From contig OZ244207.1 in assembly GCA_965216875.1 (NCBI GenBank), positions 4,352,001 to 4,416,000 on the forward strand: 64,000 bases of DNA, given 5' to 3'. This document shows positions 36,842-47,453 of the stretch, piece by piece (positions within the stretch are counted from its first letter, which is position 1; each line of letters starts with the position of its first letter). The DNA comes from Rubripirellula sp. (GTDB taxonomy: Bacteria; Planctomycetota; Planctomycetia; Pirellulales; Pirellulaceae). Made by a program: the position numbers and the translations under genes. The notes beneath the pieces were generated by a model. That model saw nothing but the letters and a program-made list of their open reading frames with translations. It was not told where the DNA came from and searched no databases.

Positions 36842-38248
36842 ATGACAAGAAAGACATCGCGTCGTCGTTTTCTAGGCCAATCGGCCGCCCTCGGTGCCGG
36901 AGTTGGCTTCTGGACGTCTTCGATGCCAGAAATCCGCGCCGCTTCGCCGCTGCAATCGCTTTCAGCAGCTTGCATCGGTATCGGCGGTAAAGGCGGAAGC
37001 GACACCAGCCACATCGCCGAGAATGGCGTTGATATTGTTGGGCTTTGCGACGTCGATGGCGGACGACTGACCAAGAAAGGACGCGAGTTCCCCGACGCCA
37101 AGCAATACACCGACTTCCGCGAAATGCTCGACCAACTGGGCGAGAAAGTGGACATCGTCACCGTCAGCACGCCCGACCACACGCATGCTGCGGCTGCGAT
37201 CAAGGCGATGCGGATGAAGAAGCACGTCTACTGCCAGAAGCCACTGACTTGGTCGATTCGCGAAGCACGCATGATGCGCGAAGTTGCCGAGGAAACCGGC
37301 GTGGTCACTCAAATGGGTAACCAAGGCACCGCAGAGAACGGTTTGCGAGAAGCGGTTGAAGTTATCCGCAGCGGCGCGATCGGTGATGTCAACGAAGTTC
37401 ACATTTGGTCGAACCGTCCCGTTTGGCCTCAAGGCATTGGTCGACCCGATGGCGAAGATCCTGTGCCAGACGGTTTGAACTGGGATGCTTGGATCGGTCC
37501 TGCACCAATGCGTCCATTCAAGAAGGGTGTTTACCACTCGTTCAACTGGCGCGGTTGGGTCGACTTTGGCACCGGCGCTCTGGGCGACATGGCATGCCAC
37601 ACAACCAACATGCCAGTGATGGCGTTGAAGCTTTGGGATCCCGTCGCTGTCACGGCAGTCAAGAACCCTGGCATCTTCGAAGGCGAAACCTTCCCAGGAA
37701 GCTCGTCGTTGATGTTCGAGTTTCCTGAGCGTGATGGTTTGCCACCCTGCAAGTTCTACTGGTACGACGGTGGCAATCTGCCAAACGACGAAATCCTTTC
37801 GCAATTGCCCGCTTCGTTCCAAAAACGAATCGCTCAGCAAAAGGCCAATCCAAACCGCAAGACCAGCGGCGCGGTCGTTGTCGGCAGCAAGGGCTTGCTC
37901 TTCTCGCCAGACGATTATGGTGCTCGCTACTACTTGCTGCCTGAAGACAAGTACAAAGATTTCGAAGCCCCAGAACAAACGCTGCCACGTATCCCGCACA
38001 AAGCGGGTGGTGACCAACGTCAGAAATGGGAATTCGTCAGCACGGTCAAAGGCGAATACGAGCCAGGCACGATGTCGAACTTCGGCTACGCTGGCCGCCT
38101 GACCGAGACCATTCTTGTCGGTAACTTGGCAATGCGTGCCGGCGAAGGTCAGCGTATCGAATGGAACGCTGAAAAACTGATGAGCCCCAACGTGTCGGAA
38201 ATCAATCAGTTCGTACAACGCGAATACCGCGACGGATGGGAAATCTAA
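36842..38248 (+). CDS. Tat-exported Gfo/Idh/MocA oxidoreductase
   Basis: SRRRFL, STPDHTH, CQKP and GALGDMACH. Confidence 0.92.
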   Translation: MTRKTSRRRFLGQSAALGAGVGFWTSSMPEIRAASPLQSLSAACIGIGGKGGSDTSHIAENGVDIVGLCDVDGGRLTKKGREFPDAKQYTDFREMLDQLGEKVDIVTVSTPDHTHAAAAIKAMRMKKHVYCQKPLTWSIREARMMREVAEETGVVTQMGNQGTAENGLREAVEVIRSGAIGDVNEVHIWSNRPVWPQGIGRPDGEDPVPDGLNWDAWIGPAPMRPFKKGVYHSFNWRGWVDFGTGALGDMACHTTNMPVMALKLWDPVAVTAVKNPGIFEGETFPGSSSLMFEFPERDGLPPCKFYWYDGGNLPNDEILSQLPASFQKRIAQQKANPNRKTSGAVVVGSKGLLFSPDDYGARYYLLPEDKYKDFEAPEQTLPRIPHKAGGDQRQKWEFVSTVKGEYEPGTMSNFGYAGRLTETILVGNLAMRAGEGQRIEWNAEKLMSPNVSEINQFVQREYRDGWEI

Positions 38249-38275
38249 TCCCAATTGGGTCGCAGTGAGATCACG

Positions 38276-38308
38276 AAAACCGGGCGTCCATCGACGCCCG
38301 GTTTTTTT
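38276..38308 (+). terminator. Rho-independent terminator (possibly bidirectional)
   Basis: AAAA-CCGGGCGTC-CATC-GACGCCCGG-TTTTTTT. Confidence 0.85.
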
Positions 38309-38326
38309 GTTGCCATTCGACGTTAC

Positions 38327-38448
38327 GTCGCTCGCCAGAGCGTGGATGTTTCGCACGGCTTGAAAGATGACCCGAACGCGCTGGCGTCGGGCCTTGTTTG
38401 TCGTGAATGGCTTCCAAGAGAAGACCACCTTCTGGCGAAGGTAGCTAC
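38327..38448. repeat. REP-like family E inverted pair enclosing a family I fragment
   Basis: GCTCGCCAGAGCGTGG...CCACCTTCTGGCGAAGGTAGCTAC. Confidence 0.7.
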
Positions 38449-38469
38449 TGGCGGGACTCCAAACCTCGT

Positions 38470-39798
38470 TCAGACTTTGTACTGGACGACGTGTGATGGA
38501 TTGAGTTCATCGAGGCTCCCGCAACCGAGTTGCCGCATCGTGTGCTCAAGCTCATCACGAATGATCGTCAGTGCCTTGGTGACTCCTGCTTCACCCGCGG
38601 CGCCGAGTCCGTAGGCGTAAGCTCGGCCCAACAACACCGCCTTGGCTCCGGTGGCCAAGGCGATCGCAACGTCTCCGCCCGATCGAATCCCGCCATCCAC
38701 GAGGACTTCGGTGTCGCGGTCCTTCATGTGCGGCACGATCTGACGCAACATTTCAAGCGTCGGCAGAACGCGGTCCAACTGTCGACCACCATGATTGGAA
38801 ATGATGATCGCTGCGGCACCAAGATCAGCAGCCTTGACCGCATCGTGAACCGTATGGACACCCTTGATGATGATCGGTCCGTCCCAGACTTCGCGGATCC
38901 AATCGATATCGGCCCAAGTGACCGCGGACTGTTGAAGCTGGTTACCAATGTCGGCGTAGGGCATCGGTTCGCCACCAGGAAGTTCGATGTTTGGAAAATC
39001 CATCAAACCGCCATCGTGGTAATAGCTGGTCAACCACGACAGATGCATGCTCATTTGCGGCGCGAACTTGAGCTTCTGAAAGATGCCGCCGTTGATCGCT
39101 TCGACCGAACCATTGCGTTTGTCGCGGTACCGCAATCCAGCGACCGGCGTGTCGATCGTTAACACGAGCGCTTTGTAGCCCGCCTTCTTTGCTCGCTCGA
39201 TTCCTTTGATCGAAACTTCCTTGCCGCCGACCAAGTAGAGTTGAAACCAACAATCCATCGGGGACGCTTCGTTGACCTCTTCAAGGCGCGTCCCGGTCAA
39301 CGTTGAAAGGGTGCAGACCGTCCCGGCCTCACCGACCGCTTTGGCAGCCACCGCTTCCCCACGCGGCCAGAGCGTACGCAGACTTCCAACAGGCCCCGCA
39401 ATCACAGGCATGCTGATTTTGGTGCCAGCCACGGTCGTCGACAGATCGATGCTTTCATGGCTAATGCCATAGTTGGGCGCAAACCGCGTCTGTTGGAACG
39501 CGGCCTCGTTGTCGCGCATCGTGCGTTCCTCGCTCGCCCCACCCAAAAAGTAATCGCCAACCACAGGAGGAATGCGTTTCTCGAACAAGTCTCGGAGGTC
39601 GTCGACAGTAAAACACTTGTCGAGGCGGGCGGGCCATCGGCGGACGGTCGAGCGGTGAAAGGGAGACAGGAGTGCTTGTAGAAAACCAGATTGTTTGGAC
39701 GTTGACATTGGTTGGGAAAAGAGCTGACCGCGCTGGACCGGGGTGAGGGCGGTTTGGTCGGTGGGTTGGTAACTGCGAGGAATCGACAAGCTGGGCAT
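38470..39798 (-). CDS. FMN-dependent alpha-hydroxy-acid dehydrogenase/oxidase (LldD-like)
   Basis: [27 protein letters not shown] and GRAY. The start may be 39708. Confidence 0.92.
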   Translation of the reverse strand: MPSLSIPRSYQPTDQTALTPVQRGQLFSQPMSTSKQSGFLQALLSPFHRSTVRRWPARLDKCFTVDDLRDLFEKRIPPVVGDYFLGGASEERTMRDNEAAFQQTRFAPNYGISHESIDLSTTVAGTKISMPVIAGPVGSLRTLWPRGEAVAAKAVGEAGTVCTLSTLTGTRLEEVNEASPMDCWFQLYLVGGKEVSIKGIERAKKAGYKALVLTIDTPVAGLRYRDKRNGSVEAINGGIFQKLKFAPQMSMHLSWLTSYYHDGGLMDFPNIELPGGEPMPYADIGNQLQQSAVTWADIDWIREVWDGPIIIKGVHTVHDAVKAADLGAAAIIISNHGGRQLDRVLPTLEMLRQIVPHMKDRDTEVLVDGGIRSGGDVAIALATGAKAVLLGRAYAYGLGAAGEAGVTKALTIIRDELEHTMRQLGCGSLDELNPSHVVQYKV

Positions 39799-40053
39799 GT
39801 CTGTTCGGTGGATGCCCCTAGACTACAGTGCCCCAATCGAAAGGACGACCGTCGTCTTGCCCGACTCGCCGCATTTTGCCCCGAGTTGATGCATTTTGTC
39901 GGCTGCCAGGTGCGGTGCGGTGGGCGGGCATCGAAAAGCAGACACGGGGCATTGAAAAACAGACATGACCATTCAGTCACCCAAGGATCGACGCTGGCAA
40001 CCCGGTACAATGGCGATCCCGCCAACTTCCCTCCGTTCCCAGGAGCTGCAGCT

Positions 40054-41406
40054 GTGAGCTCACAAAGCAAACCATCACGCCGCGACTTTCTCGTTGCCTC
40101 GTCACTTGCCACTGCCGCCACTGTGGTTGCGACACCGAAGGCGTCTGCCACTGCCGCCAATGACAAACTCAAAGTGGCCTTCATCGCATGCGGCGGTCGG
40201 GGTGGAAGCAATTTGCAACAGATGCACGGCACCGGAATGATCGACGTTGCCGCGATTTGTGACGTTGATGCTCGAGCACTTGCAAATGCGGGCAAACGTT
40301 TTCCCAAAGCCAAGCAATTCAAGGACTTTCGACGGCTTTACGATGCCATCGGCAAGGATGTCGATGCGGTGGTCGTGAGTACGCCCGAACATGTTCACGC
40401 CTATGCAACCATGCCGGCGCTGCAACTTGGCAAACACGTCTATTGTGAAAAGCCACTGGCATACAACATTGACGAAACACGACGCATCACCGAAGCGGCA
40501 GCCAAAGCGGGCGTGGTCACGCAAATGGGAACGCAAATCCACGCGGGCGACAATTACCACCGCGTTGTGGAATTGATCCAAAGCGGCGCCATTGGCGCGG
40601 TAAGCGAAGCGCATGTTTGGGTCGGCCGTGCATGGGGTTTGCAATCCGAATCGGAAGCCAAACGGTTCGATCGCCTGTTCGTGGATCGTCGTCCAACCAA
40701 ATCGGAAACGCCCCCCGAATATCTCGATTGGGATTTGTGGCTCGGTCCAGCACCCGAGCGTCCCTACCACAACGTCTACTTCCCAGGTCCCAATTGGTAC
40801 CGTTGGTGGGACTTTGGTAACGGAACGATGTCCGACTTGGGTAGCCATTGGAACGATCTACCCTATTGGGCTCTTGAACTTGATGCCCCGCGATCGGTCG
40901 AGGCGTTTGGACCGCCGGCGCATCCCGAGATTGCGCCCGCGTCGATGACGGCCGTTTACGACTTTGGGCCGCGCGGCAATTGGCCGGCAATTCAATTGAG
41001 CTGGTACCAGGGCACGCACAAGCCCGAACGATGGAAGCGTGGTGAGATCCCGCAGTGGGGCAGTGGAGTGCTGTTTGTCGGAACCAAGGGCATGTTGCTG
41101 TCGGACTACAACAAACACGTCTTGTTACCTGAAGACTCGTTTGCCGACTTTGAACCTCCGAAAAAGTTTGTCCCCGATTCGCCGGGGCATCACCGTGAGT
41201 TTCTTTTGGCGTGTCGCGGCGAGGGAAAGACGGCGAGCCCCTTTTCCTATGCAGGACCGCTGACCGAAACCAACCACCTCGGCAACGTCGCCTATCGGGT
41301 CGGCAAACGCATCACGTGGGACAGCAAGAAAATGGTTTGCATCGGATGCCCCGAAGCAGACCCGTATATCTCGAGGCAACCCAGAGAAGGTTGGTCGCTC
41401 GACTAG
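40054..41406 (+). CDS. Tat-exported Gfo/Idh/MocA oxidoreductase
   Basis: GTG after AGGAG; SRRDFL, STPEHVH, CEKP and GTMSDLGSH. Confidence 0.9.
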   Translation: MSSQSKPSRRDFLVASSLATAATVVATPKASATAANDKLKVAFIACGGRGGSNLQQMHGTGMIDVAAICDVDARALANAGKRFPKAKQFKDFRRLYDAIGKDVDAVVVSTPEHVHAYATMPALQLGKHVYCEKPLAYNIDETRRITEAAAKAGVVTQMGTQIHAGDNYHRVVELIQSGAIGAVSEAHVWVGRAWGLQSESEAKRFDRLFVDRRPTKSETPPEYLDWDLWLGPAPERPYHNVYFPGPNWYRWWDFGNGTMSDLGSHWNDLPYWALELDAPRSVEAFGPPAHPEIAPASMTAVYDFGPRGNWPAIQLSWYQGTHKPERWKRGEIPQWGSGVLFVGTKGMLLSDYNKHVLLPEDSFADFEPPKKFVPDSPGHHREFLLACRGEGKTASPFSYAGPLTETNHLGNVAYRVGKRITWDSKKMVCIGCPEADPYISRQPREGWSLD

Positions 41407-41451
41407 TGCCTCACCGCAAGCGGCCGGGCCCTTTCGAAAGATTTCAGATGA

Positions 41452-41698
41452 GCCACAGAGGGCGGTGAGGGCGCAGAGTAAGGAATGATCGATTCGTGCT
41501 CAGCAATGCGGTGCTCGTGCTCGCATTCGTCGCACGGTGATCTCTGTGGCTGGTAGAGGAACAGAACACCTGCCGGATCAGCGTCGCTGTCGCTCCTTGA
41601 TCCGGCCTACTAGCTATTTCATGTGCGGCGTGGTTGCCGTTTGTAGTCCCGCCTTTGGGCGGAAGGGCTTGAAGATTCCGGCTAAAGCTCGGTACTAC
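41452..41698. repeat. REP mosaic: GCCACAGAG..CTCTGTGGC element, inverted family F, family A pair
   Basis: Family F at about 41570-41610 is the reverse complement of 7259-7299; the family A pair is at 41643-41698. Confidence 0.8.
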
Positions 41699-41713
41699 GA
41701 ACGGGCGGCTCGC

Positions 41714-43291
41714 CTATGACTCTTGGTAGTCGCTGAACTTCAAGATGGTTGGCTCGCTGCGACTCGATTCCTCGGACGCATCCGTGCCTCTTTCGGACTC
41801 GATCCAGGTTTTGATTTGATCGATCTCACTGCGACGTTGGTGAGGTGTTTGTCCGCCAGCTGCTCCGATCACCAAGACGGTATCGTTGCACCCCGCCTCG
41901 GCAATCGCCCACCGCACCGCTCGCTCGGGATCAGCAACCAATCGCAAGGCAGCACAATCTTGAACACCATCAAGCACGCAATGTGCAGCGGACAGGAATT
42001 TTAGTTTCGAATCGGGTGCCGCCGTGATGATCGCTTGATCGGCAAACCGTTCGATCAAGTCGCCGTAGCGAGCCAACTCCTCGGGAATCTCGGTGGCGTC
42101 AATCGACATCACACACCAAAGCTGGCCGCCACTCTTCATGCTTCGCCAAGTCCGAAGCGCTGTCGCTGCACGCTCAGGTGAACCACCTGCATCGATCACC
42201 ACCGACGCGTGGTCGAAATCAGTGACCGTTTGCCCACGACCTGGAATCTCGCGCAGTTGCCCAAGGTTCTCGACCACCTCGTGAAGTGGCTGGTCAATCA
42301 GCACACCAACCGCCGCCGCAGCACACAGGTTGGATGCCATCGCGGCGCCACATAGGCTCGATTCCATCATCGCGGTCGTCCCGCCATAGGACATCATCAG
42401 GGTGGTCATGCCGCCCGATTGATCAAAGATCTTTGCGGAAACATCGGCGGCTTGGCGCACACCGTAGCTGATCATTTTGATGCCGCTGTCTCGCACCACA
42501 CGCATGGTCTTGGCGTCATCGGCAGGTGCAATCACGACACCTGCGGGAGTCAATCGCTCGAGTGCACATTGCAATCCCGACTCGCCGAAGTCACTCCGAC
42601 GTGAAATCGAACTGCTAATGATCAATAGATCGAACTGAATGGAGTCGTAGCCGCCATGGCGAGCGGTGTCTTCGGACAACTCAATCAGCGCCGCCTGCGA
42701 TCCGGCCTCGTGCGAATCCGAAATCCAGTGGATCAATTGGTCGTGTGCCGGAAGCGACTCGCTTGGCGTTGACTGAACCACTCCATCACACTGACCGAGG
42801 TCGGTTTGGTAGGCCGTTCGAATCCCACTGCGACGAAGCAGTGACGAAACGATCAGGGCCGTCGACGTTTTTCCTGCCGAGCCGATCACCCCCACGGTCA
42901 ACAGCTTGCGATCAGGTCGATTGTTTTGGTTTGCAGCAATTTCGGCGAGCGCCAAATCAACATCACCAACGATGCATTGCGGCAAAGGACAGGGGAGCAC
43001 CTGTTCGGTCAGGACTCCGGCGGCACCGCGTGCAACCGCTTCGGCAACAACCTCGCTTGGGCAATCTTCACCAATGCGGTAGACGACCAATTCACCAGCA
43101 CTGGCTTGCTTCGGTGATGCGGCGACTCCCGTGAAGGTGACGTCATCACCGGCAAAGAATCGAGCATTGCTGAAAAGACTTTTCAGAGATACCGGGCCTG
43201 ACGCCTCAGTAATTTCATCACCTTCAATACCAACAACGTTGAAGGTGCGCGACGAATCGATCGCGTGACGCATGATGGCCTCCCTGCTCAT
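41714..43291 (-). CDS. Mur-ligase family protein (divergent MurE-like)
   Basis: Three-domain MurE layout, P-loop GSAGKTST and IPGR; substrate-binding motifs are degenerate. Confidence 0.75.
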   Translation of the reverse strand: MSREAIMRHAIDSSRTFNVVGIEGDEITEASGPVSLKSLFSNARFFAGDDVTFTGVAASPKQASAGELVVYRIGEDCPSEVVAEAVARGAAGVLTEQVLPCPLPQCIVGDVDLALAEIAANQNNRPDRKLLTVGVIGSAGKTSTALIVSSLLRRSGIRTAYQTDLGQCDGVVQSTPSESLPAHDQLIHWISDSHEAGSQAALIELSEDTARHGGYDSIQFDLLIISSSISRRSDFGESGLQCALERLTPAGVVIAPADDAKTMRVVRDSGIKMISYGVRQAADVSAKIFDQSGGMTTLMMSYGGTTAMMESSLCGAAMASNLCAAAAVGVLIDQPLHEVVENLGQLREIPGRGQTVTDFDHASVVIDAGGSPERAATALRTWRSMKSGGQLWCVMSIDATEIPEELARYGDLIERFADQAIITAAPDSKLKFLSAAHCVLDGVQDCAALRLVADPERAVRWAIAEAGCNDTVLVIGAAGGQTPHQRRSEIDQIKTWIESERGTDASEESSRSEPTILKFSDYQES

Positions 43292-43439
43292 CGCGACAAA
43301 ATGGGTTTCGCGGTGAATCCATCACCGCCAGCAAAGCGATCCTCCGCTTCACTGTTTCGATGATTGTTCCCATCACCAAACAATGGTCAATAGGAATTGG
43401 CCAACCGAATCAGCCACCCCGCTGCTAGCGGTGATTTGC

Positions 43440-44396
43440 TCAACGCTGTTTGGGATCGATTCCAGCGTCTTTTAGCATCAGTTGCAGGTCTTGCCAGGCC
43501 GCTTTTTTGGCCGCCGGATTTCGCAACAAATAAGCAGGGTGATAGGTCACAAGCACTTTGCTATCAAAATAGCGATGCAACTTTCCGCGCATTCGGCCGA
43601 CCGAAAGTTTACTTTTTAAAAGAGCTTGGCTGCTGACCGCACCGAGGCAAACGATGTACTCCGGACGCAAGATCGACAGTTGGGTTTCGAAGTAGGCGCG
43701 GCAGTTGCTGATTTCTTCGGGTTCGGGATTCCGGTTGCCTGGCGGTCGGCATTTGACCGTGTTCAAGATGTAGACATCTTCGCGCCGAAAGGTGCATGCT
43801 TCGATCATCTTGGTCAACAGTTGGCCAGCCTTTCCGACGAAGGGGCGTCCTGTCCGATCCTCGTCGGCTCCGGGTCCTTCGCCAAAAAAGGCAACACGCG
43901 GTGCGGGACTTCCTTCGCCAAAGACCGTGTTGGTGCGGCAACCGACCAACGCCGGACAGGCGGTGCAGCCGGCCACCTGCTGGGCCAACCCATCGAGCTG
44001 AAGTTGGCGGTCGGCCAACGGCAAGGGTTCGCCTGGGTAGCTCCCCTCGTCGTTGTCGATCAACGAGACCGTCGCCATCCTGGTTGCGGGAGCTGGCGGC
44101 GGGCCTGATGACACTGGGCCCGATGACGCTGGGCCCGGCGGCGCAGGCACGGGTGATTGAGCGGCCTCTGTTTGAGAGGCCGATTGAATCGGGGCGACCG
44201 GTGCCGCCGGCGTCGAATCGCCCGTCGCGTCCGGTGCAGCGGACTGCTGAGACACCGTGCCGAACCCGGCCTGCAACTGGGCGACCGTTGCTTCGTCGGC
44301 GGCTGGCAGAAACTGAACGCCTTGCCGCTGCAAGTGAGCAGCAAGTGCAGAGGCTTGATCGGCCAATTCGGAGGGTGGTGTCTCGGATGAATTCAT
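43440..44396 (-). CDS. Family-4 uracil-DNA glycosylase with a Pro-rich N-terminal extension
   Basis: CTAC, GEGPG, GRPFVGKAG, KCRPPGNR and YHPAYLLR. Confidence 0.93.
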   Translation of the reverse strand: MNSSETPPSELADQASALAAHLQRQGVQFLPAADEATVAQLQAGFGTVSQQSAAPDATGDSTPAAPVAPIQSASQTEAAQSPVPAPPGPASSGPVSSGPPPAPATRMATVSLIDNDEGSYPGEPLPLADRQLQLDGLAQQVAGCTACPALVGCRTNTVFGEGSPAPRVAFFGEGPGADEDRTGRPFVGKAGQLLTKMIEACTFRREDVYILNTVKCRPPGNRNPEPEEISNCRAYFETQLSILRPEYIVCLGAVSSQALLKSKLSVGRMRGKLHRYFDSKVLVTYHPAYLLRNPAAKKAAWQDLQLMLKDAGIDPKQR

Positions 44397-44401
44397 GCCG
44401 A

Positions 44402-44435
44402 GATTGTAGCAATCCCTTCCGAGATTGTCGCAATC
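44402..44435. promoter_or_regulatory. Two tandem GATTG-N3-CAATC palindromes overlapping the udg -10 box
   Basis: GATTGTAGCAATC (44402-44414) and GATTGTCGCAATC (44423-44435), 21-bp period; minus-strand TACAAT at 44403-44408. Confidence 0.5.
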
Positions 44436-44522
44436 CTGGCGAACTCGATCAGTCGGGCCTATGTCTTTGGACCAAACCCGAATACGATCTCACGTTTGCC
44501 CCTTTCCGTCTGAGCCAGTCTG

Positions 44523-45869
44523 ATGCCCGTTCCACAAGTCGCCATTGTCGGTCGCCCCAACGTCGGCAAAAGCAGCCTCTTCAATTGGCTTGCTCGCCGC
44601 CGCTTGGCCATCGTGGATGACTTCGAGGGCGTGACGCGTGATCGCATGACAACGCTGATCGAGTCAGACGAGCGTTTCTTTGAATTGGTCGACACCGGCG
44701 GAATGGGCATCGACGACCCCGACGACCTGACCGCAGACGTCCGGCGACAGATCGAATTGGCGATCAACTCAGCCGACGTGATCCTGTTGGTGGTGGACGT
44801 CCAAAGTGGTCCCATGCCACTGGATGAAATGGTTGCCGAACGGCTTCGCGGCATCGAACGCCCCGTGATCCTGGTCGCCAACAAAGCGGACCAGTCGCAT
44901 CACGACATTCACGCAGAAGAGTTTCATCGACTCGGCCGCGGCCACCTGATTCGAGTCAGTACGACTCAAAATCGCAACCGCGACGAATTGATGGAATTGA
45001 TCGTTGATCGATTGCCCGAGGCGGGCGACGAAGTGATTGGCGAGCCACAGATGAAGCTTGCCATCGTCGGTCGGCGTAACGTGGGCAAAAGCACGTTCGT
45101 CAACACGCTTTCGGAAGCGGACCGGATGATCGTCAGCGAAGTGCCAGGGACGACGCGTGACAGTGTCGACGTGCACTTTGAAATGGACGGCCAAACGTTC
45201 ATCGCCATTGACACACCGGGACTGCGTAAACGCAAAAGCCAACGAACCGACCTTGAGTTTTATGGGACGCATCGCGCCCAGCGAAGCATCCGCCGCGCCG
45301 ACGTTGTGTTGATGTTCTTTGACGCCACCGAAACGGTCAGCAAAGTTGACAAGCAGTTGATGGGCTATGTGATCGACAATCACAAACCGTGCATCTTTGT
45401 GATCAACAAGTGGGACCAACTGCATGGCACGATGCCGACCGACCGCTGGGTTCGCTACCTGCGCGGGCAATTCCCGACACTCGCCTACGCACCGATCGCT
45501 TTCATCACGGGCCAAACTGGCAAGAACGTCAAAGCGCTGCTGAACCATGCAACCATGTTGTACAAGCAAGCCCGCGAACGCGTTTCGACCGGCATGCTGA
45601 ACCGAATCATTCGGGCCGCAGTCGAAGCGCACCAACCGCCGATGTACCAGAACCGTCGGCCAAAAATTTACTACGCAACCCAGGTTGCGAGTGAACCGCC
45701 AACGATCGTCTTGATGTGCAGCGACCCCAAGGCATTCGGCAAAGACTACCGGCGTTACTTGCTGGGCGTCCTGCGCGATCACCTGTCGTTTGGCGAAGTC
45801 CCCATCAAGCTGTACTTGCACAAACGCCATCGCAAAGACGACGGCGACCCCAACCAGCAAGAATCGTAG
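44523..45869 (+). CDS. der: Ribosome biogenesis GTPase Der (EngA)
   Basis: Two GTPase domains (GRPNVGKS/DTGG/NKAD and GRRNVGKS/DTPG/NKWD) plus a KH-like C-terminal domain. Confidence 0.96.
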   Translation: MPVPQVAIVGRPNVGKSSLFNWLARRRLAIVDDFEGVTRDRMTTLIESDERFFELVDTGGMGIDDPDDLTADVRRQIELAINSADVILLVVDVQSGPMPLDEMVAERLRGIERPVILVANKADQSHHDIHAEEFHRLGRGHLIRVSTTQNRNRDELMELIVDRLPEAGDEVIGEPQMKLAIVGRRNVGKSTFVNTLSEADRMIVSEVPGTTRDSVDVHFEMDGQTFIAIDTPGLRKRKSQRTDLEFYGTHRAQRSIRRADVVLMFFDATETVSKVDKQLMGYVIDNHKPCIFVINKWDQLHGTMPTDRWVRYLRGQFPTLAYAPIAFITGQTGKNVKALLNHATMLYKQARERVSTGMLNRIIRAAVEAHQPPMYQNRRPKIYYATQVASEPPTIVLMCSDPKAFGKDYRRYLLGVLRDHLSFGEVPIKLYLHKRHRKDDGDPNQQES

Positions 45870-45967
45870 GGTGCGTGCTTGCACGCACCAACAAGGTCGC
45901 AAGGTGTGTGCTTGCACGCACCAATCCAAACCCTGATCCGGGCGGTGCGTGCAAGCACGCCCCCTAC
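45866..45967. repeat. REP-like family B cluster (two direct copies, one inverted)
   Basis: The first GTAG supplies the der stop codon. Confidence 0.85.
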
Positions 45968-46358
45968 CTCACGCTCCCATTTGGGTGCCTTCCCCCGCCT
46001 TTTGCGGGGTCGATTTGACGACGATCTTGCGGACATGTGAAGCGTTATACCGAGCGGATTGCCGCAATTGGCTGGAATGCCAATTTTCCCTGGAAACTAA
46101 CCTTCAAATGAAATCGACTTTCTGTCGATACTCTTTGTTGGACTCGTCGGGCTGCCCCGATGAGGGACGGCCCATGCGGTCCACCAAGAAACCAATGCCC
46201 CAAGTAATAAACGGGTTTGCCAACGGAAGCGTCGATTTACGGTATGAATTGAAGGCGGCGCGCCCAGCGGAAAGCAAACGCTGACATCCACAACTGGTGA
46301 ACACACAGATCCGCAAGATGCGGGGCCCGAATGATTCGGGGAAGGAGAGGGTTCAGGG

Positions 46359-47348
46359 ATGAGGTGGTATTTGCTGGCAGCCGCCATGATCGGCTTGTCC
46401 ATATCGGAAGTGACGACCTTTGCTCAAAGGCCGCCCGCCGATCAACGTCTTGGCATCAGTCAATCAACGCCAGAAGACGCTGGCTTCTTTGCGACCACAG
46501 GCGTGGTCCGATTCCAACTCATCCAGGGCAGACTCTGCCTCGACGCGCCGCGTCATCGCAAGGGATCGCAAAGCCACGATGTGGGCGATGTTTACGAAAG
46601 CATCACGGTCACTGCCCAGCGAGGTATTCCCTCACTGCACTACGTCTGCCAAACGCCCGACCAACACCTGACACTCAGCGTGCAAGGTGCCAACTACGTA
46701 CGCATCGAATCGTTCCTTCCCAAGACAGGTGAACGATCGATCCTGGATCAACCTGAACTCGGCGTGATCAACTGGCAAACGGCACATGGCGAACTGAGCG
46801 AAGAACACGAGGGCGCCACACTGCTCCATGTCCGACAATGCAACTCGGGCAGCTTCGACCTGCACTATGGCCGGCTGATGGGTCGACTACTACGAGGAAA
46901 GACGATTCGTGCTTTGGCCAGTGCCACACAAACACGCTTGATCCAGCAAGCCGAGTTGGTCGAAGGCCCTCATTCGGATGCGATCGCTGAAACGGTCCGG
47001 CAACTTCGCGCGCCCAAACGGGCCGCTCGGATGCAGGCTCAGCAAAAACTGATTCACTGGGGAACGCCAATCATTCCGGTCGTTCAGTCACTCAACCCTG
47101 ACGACCTTGATGCCGAACAACGTGAACGCCTGCGTCACGTCCTTAGTCGACTCAAGCATCACGTCGATGACACGCCTGCGTCGATGGCCATGCTCTTGGT
47201 CAATGATCGTCACTACTGGAATTTGATCGCGCCCCGATTGAGTGAGCGTCAGGTGCAACTTGCCAATCATCATTTAACGCGAGCCGGTTTGGACGTGGTG
47301 ATGTTGCAAAGTCGCCCCGATGCCCGCATCGCCGCGAATAACGACTGA
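46359..47348 (+). CDS. Exported hypothetical protein
   Basis: Purine-rich RBS region, signal peptide, 329 aa, HEAT-like C-terminal part. Confidence 0.75.
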   Translation: MRWYLLAAAMIGLSISEVTTFAQRPPADQRLGISQSTPEDAGFFATTGVVRFQLIQGRLCLDAPRHRKGSQSHDVGDVYESITVTAQRGIPSLHYVCQTPDQHLTLSVQGANYVRIESFLPKTGERSILDQPELGVINWQTAHGELSEEHEGATLLHVRQCNSGSFDLHYGRLMGRLLRGKTIRALASATQTRLIQQAELVEGPHSDAIAETVRQLRAPKRAARMQAQQKLIHWGTPIIPVVQSLNPDDLDAEQRERLRHVLSRLKHHVDDTPASMAMLLVNDRHYWNLIAPRLSERQVQLANHHLTRAGLDVVMLQSRPDARIAANND

Positions 47349-47353
47349 TCGTC

Positions 47354-47453
47354 GTAGGTATGAACCGCAGAGCGATCGCTCGCGGTTCACCGCCTTCTGT
47401 GTAGGTCATGCTCCGCATGACAAATGACCGGTGTCATGCACAGCATGACCTAC
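47354..47453. repeat. REP-like family D element plus family C inverted pair
   Basis: GTAGGTCATGCTCCGCATGACA...TGTCATGCACAGCATGACCTAC at 47401-47453. Confidence 0.8.

Noticed and set aside
36962..38428. 488-aa minus-strand ORF
   Set aside because: Antisense shadow of a clear Gfo/Idh/MocA gene with no motifs; typical of GC-rich codon bias.
44769..45929. 386-aa minus-strand ORF (also 7454-8275, 25906-26706, 49637-50413, 57726-58505)
   Set aside because: All are antisense to well-supported genes and lack recognisable motifs.
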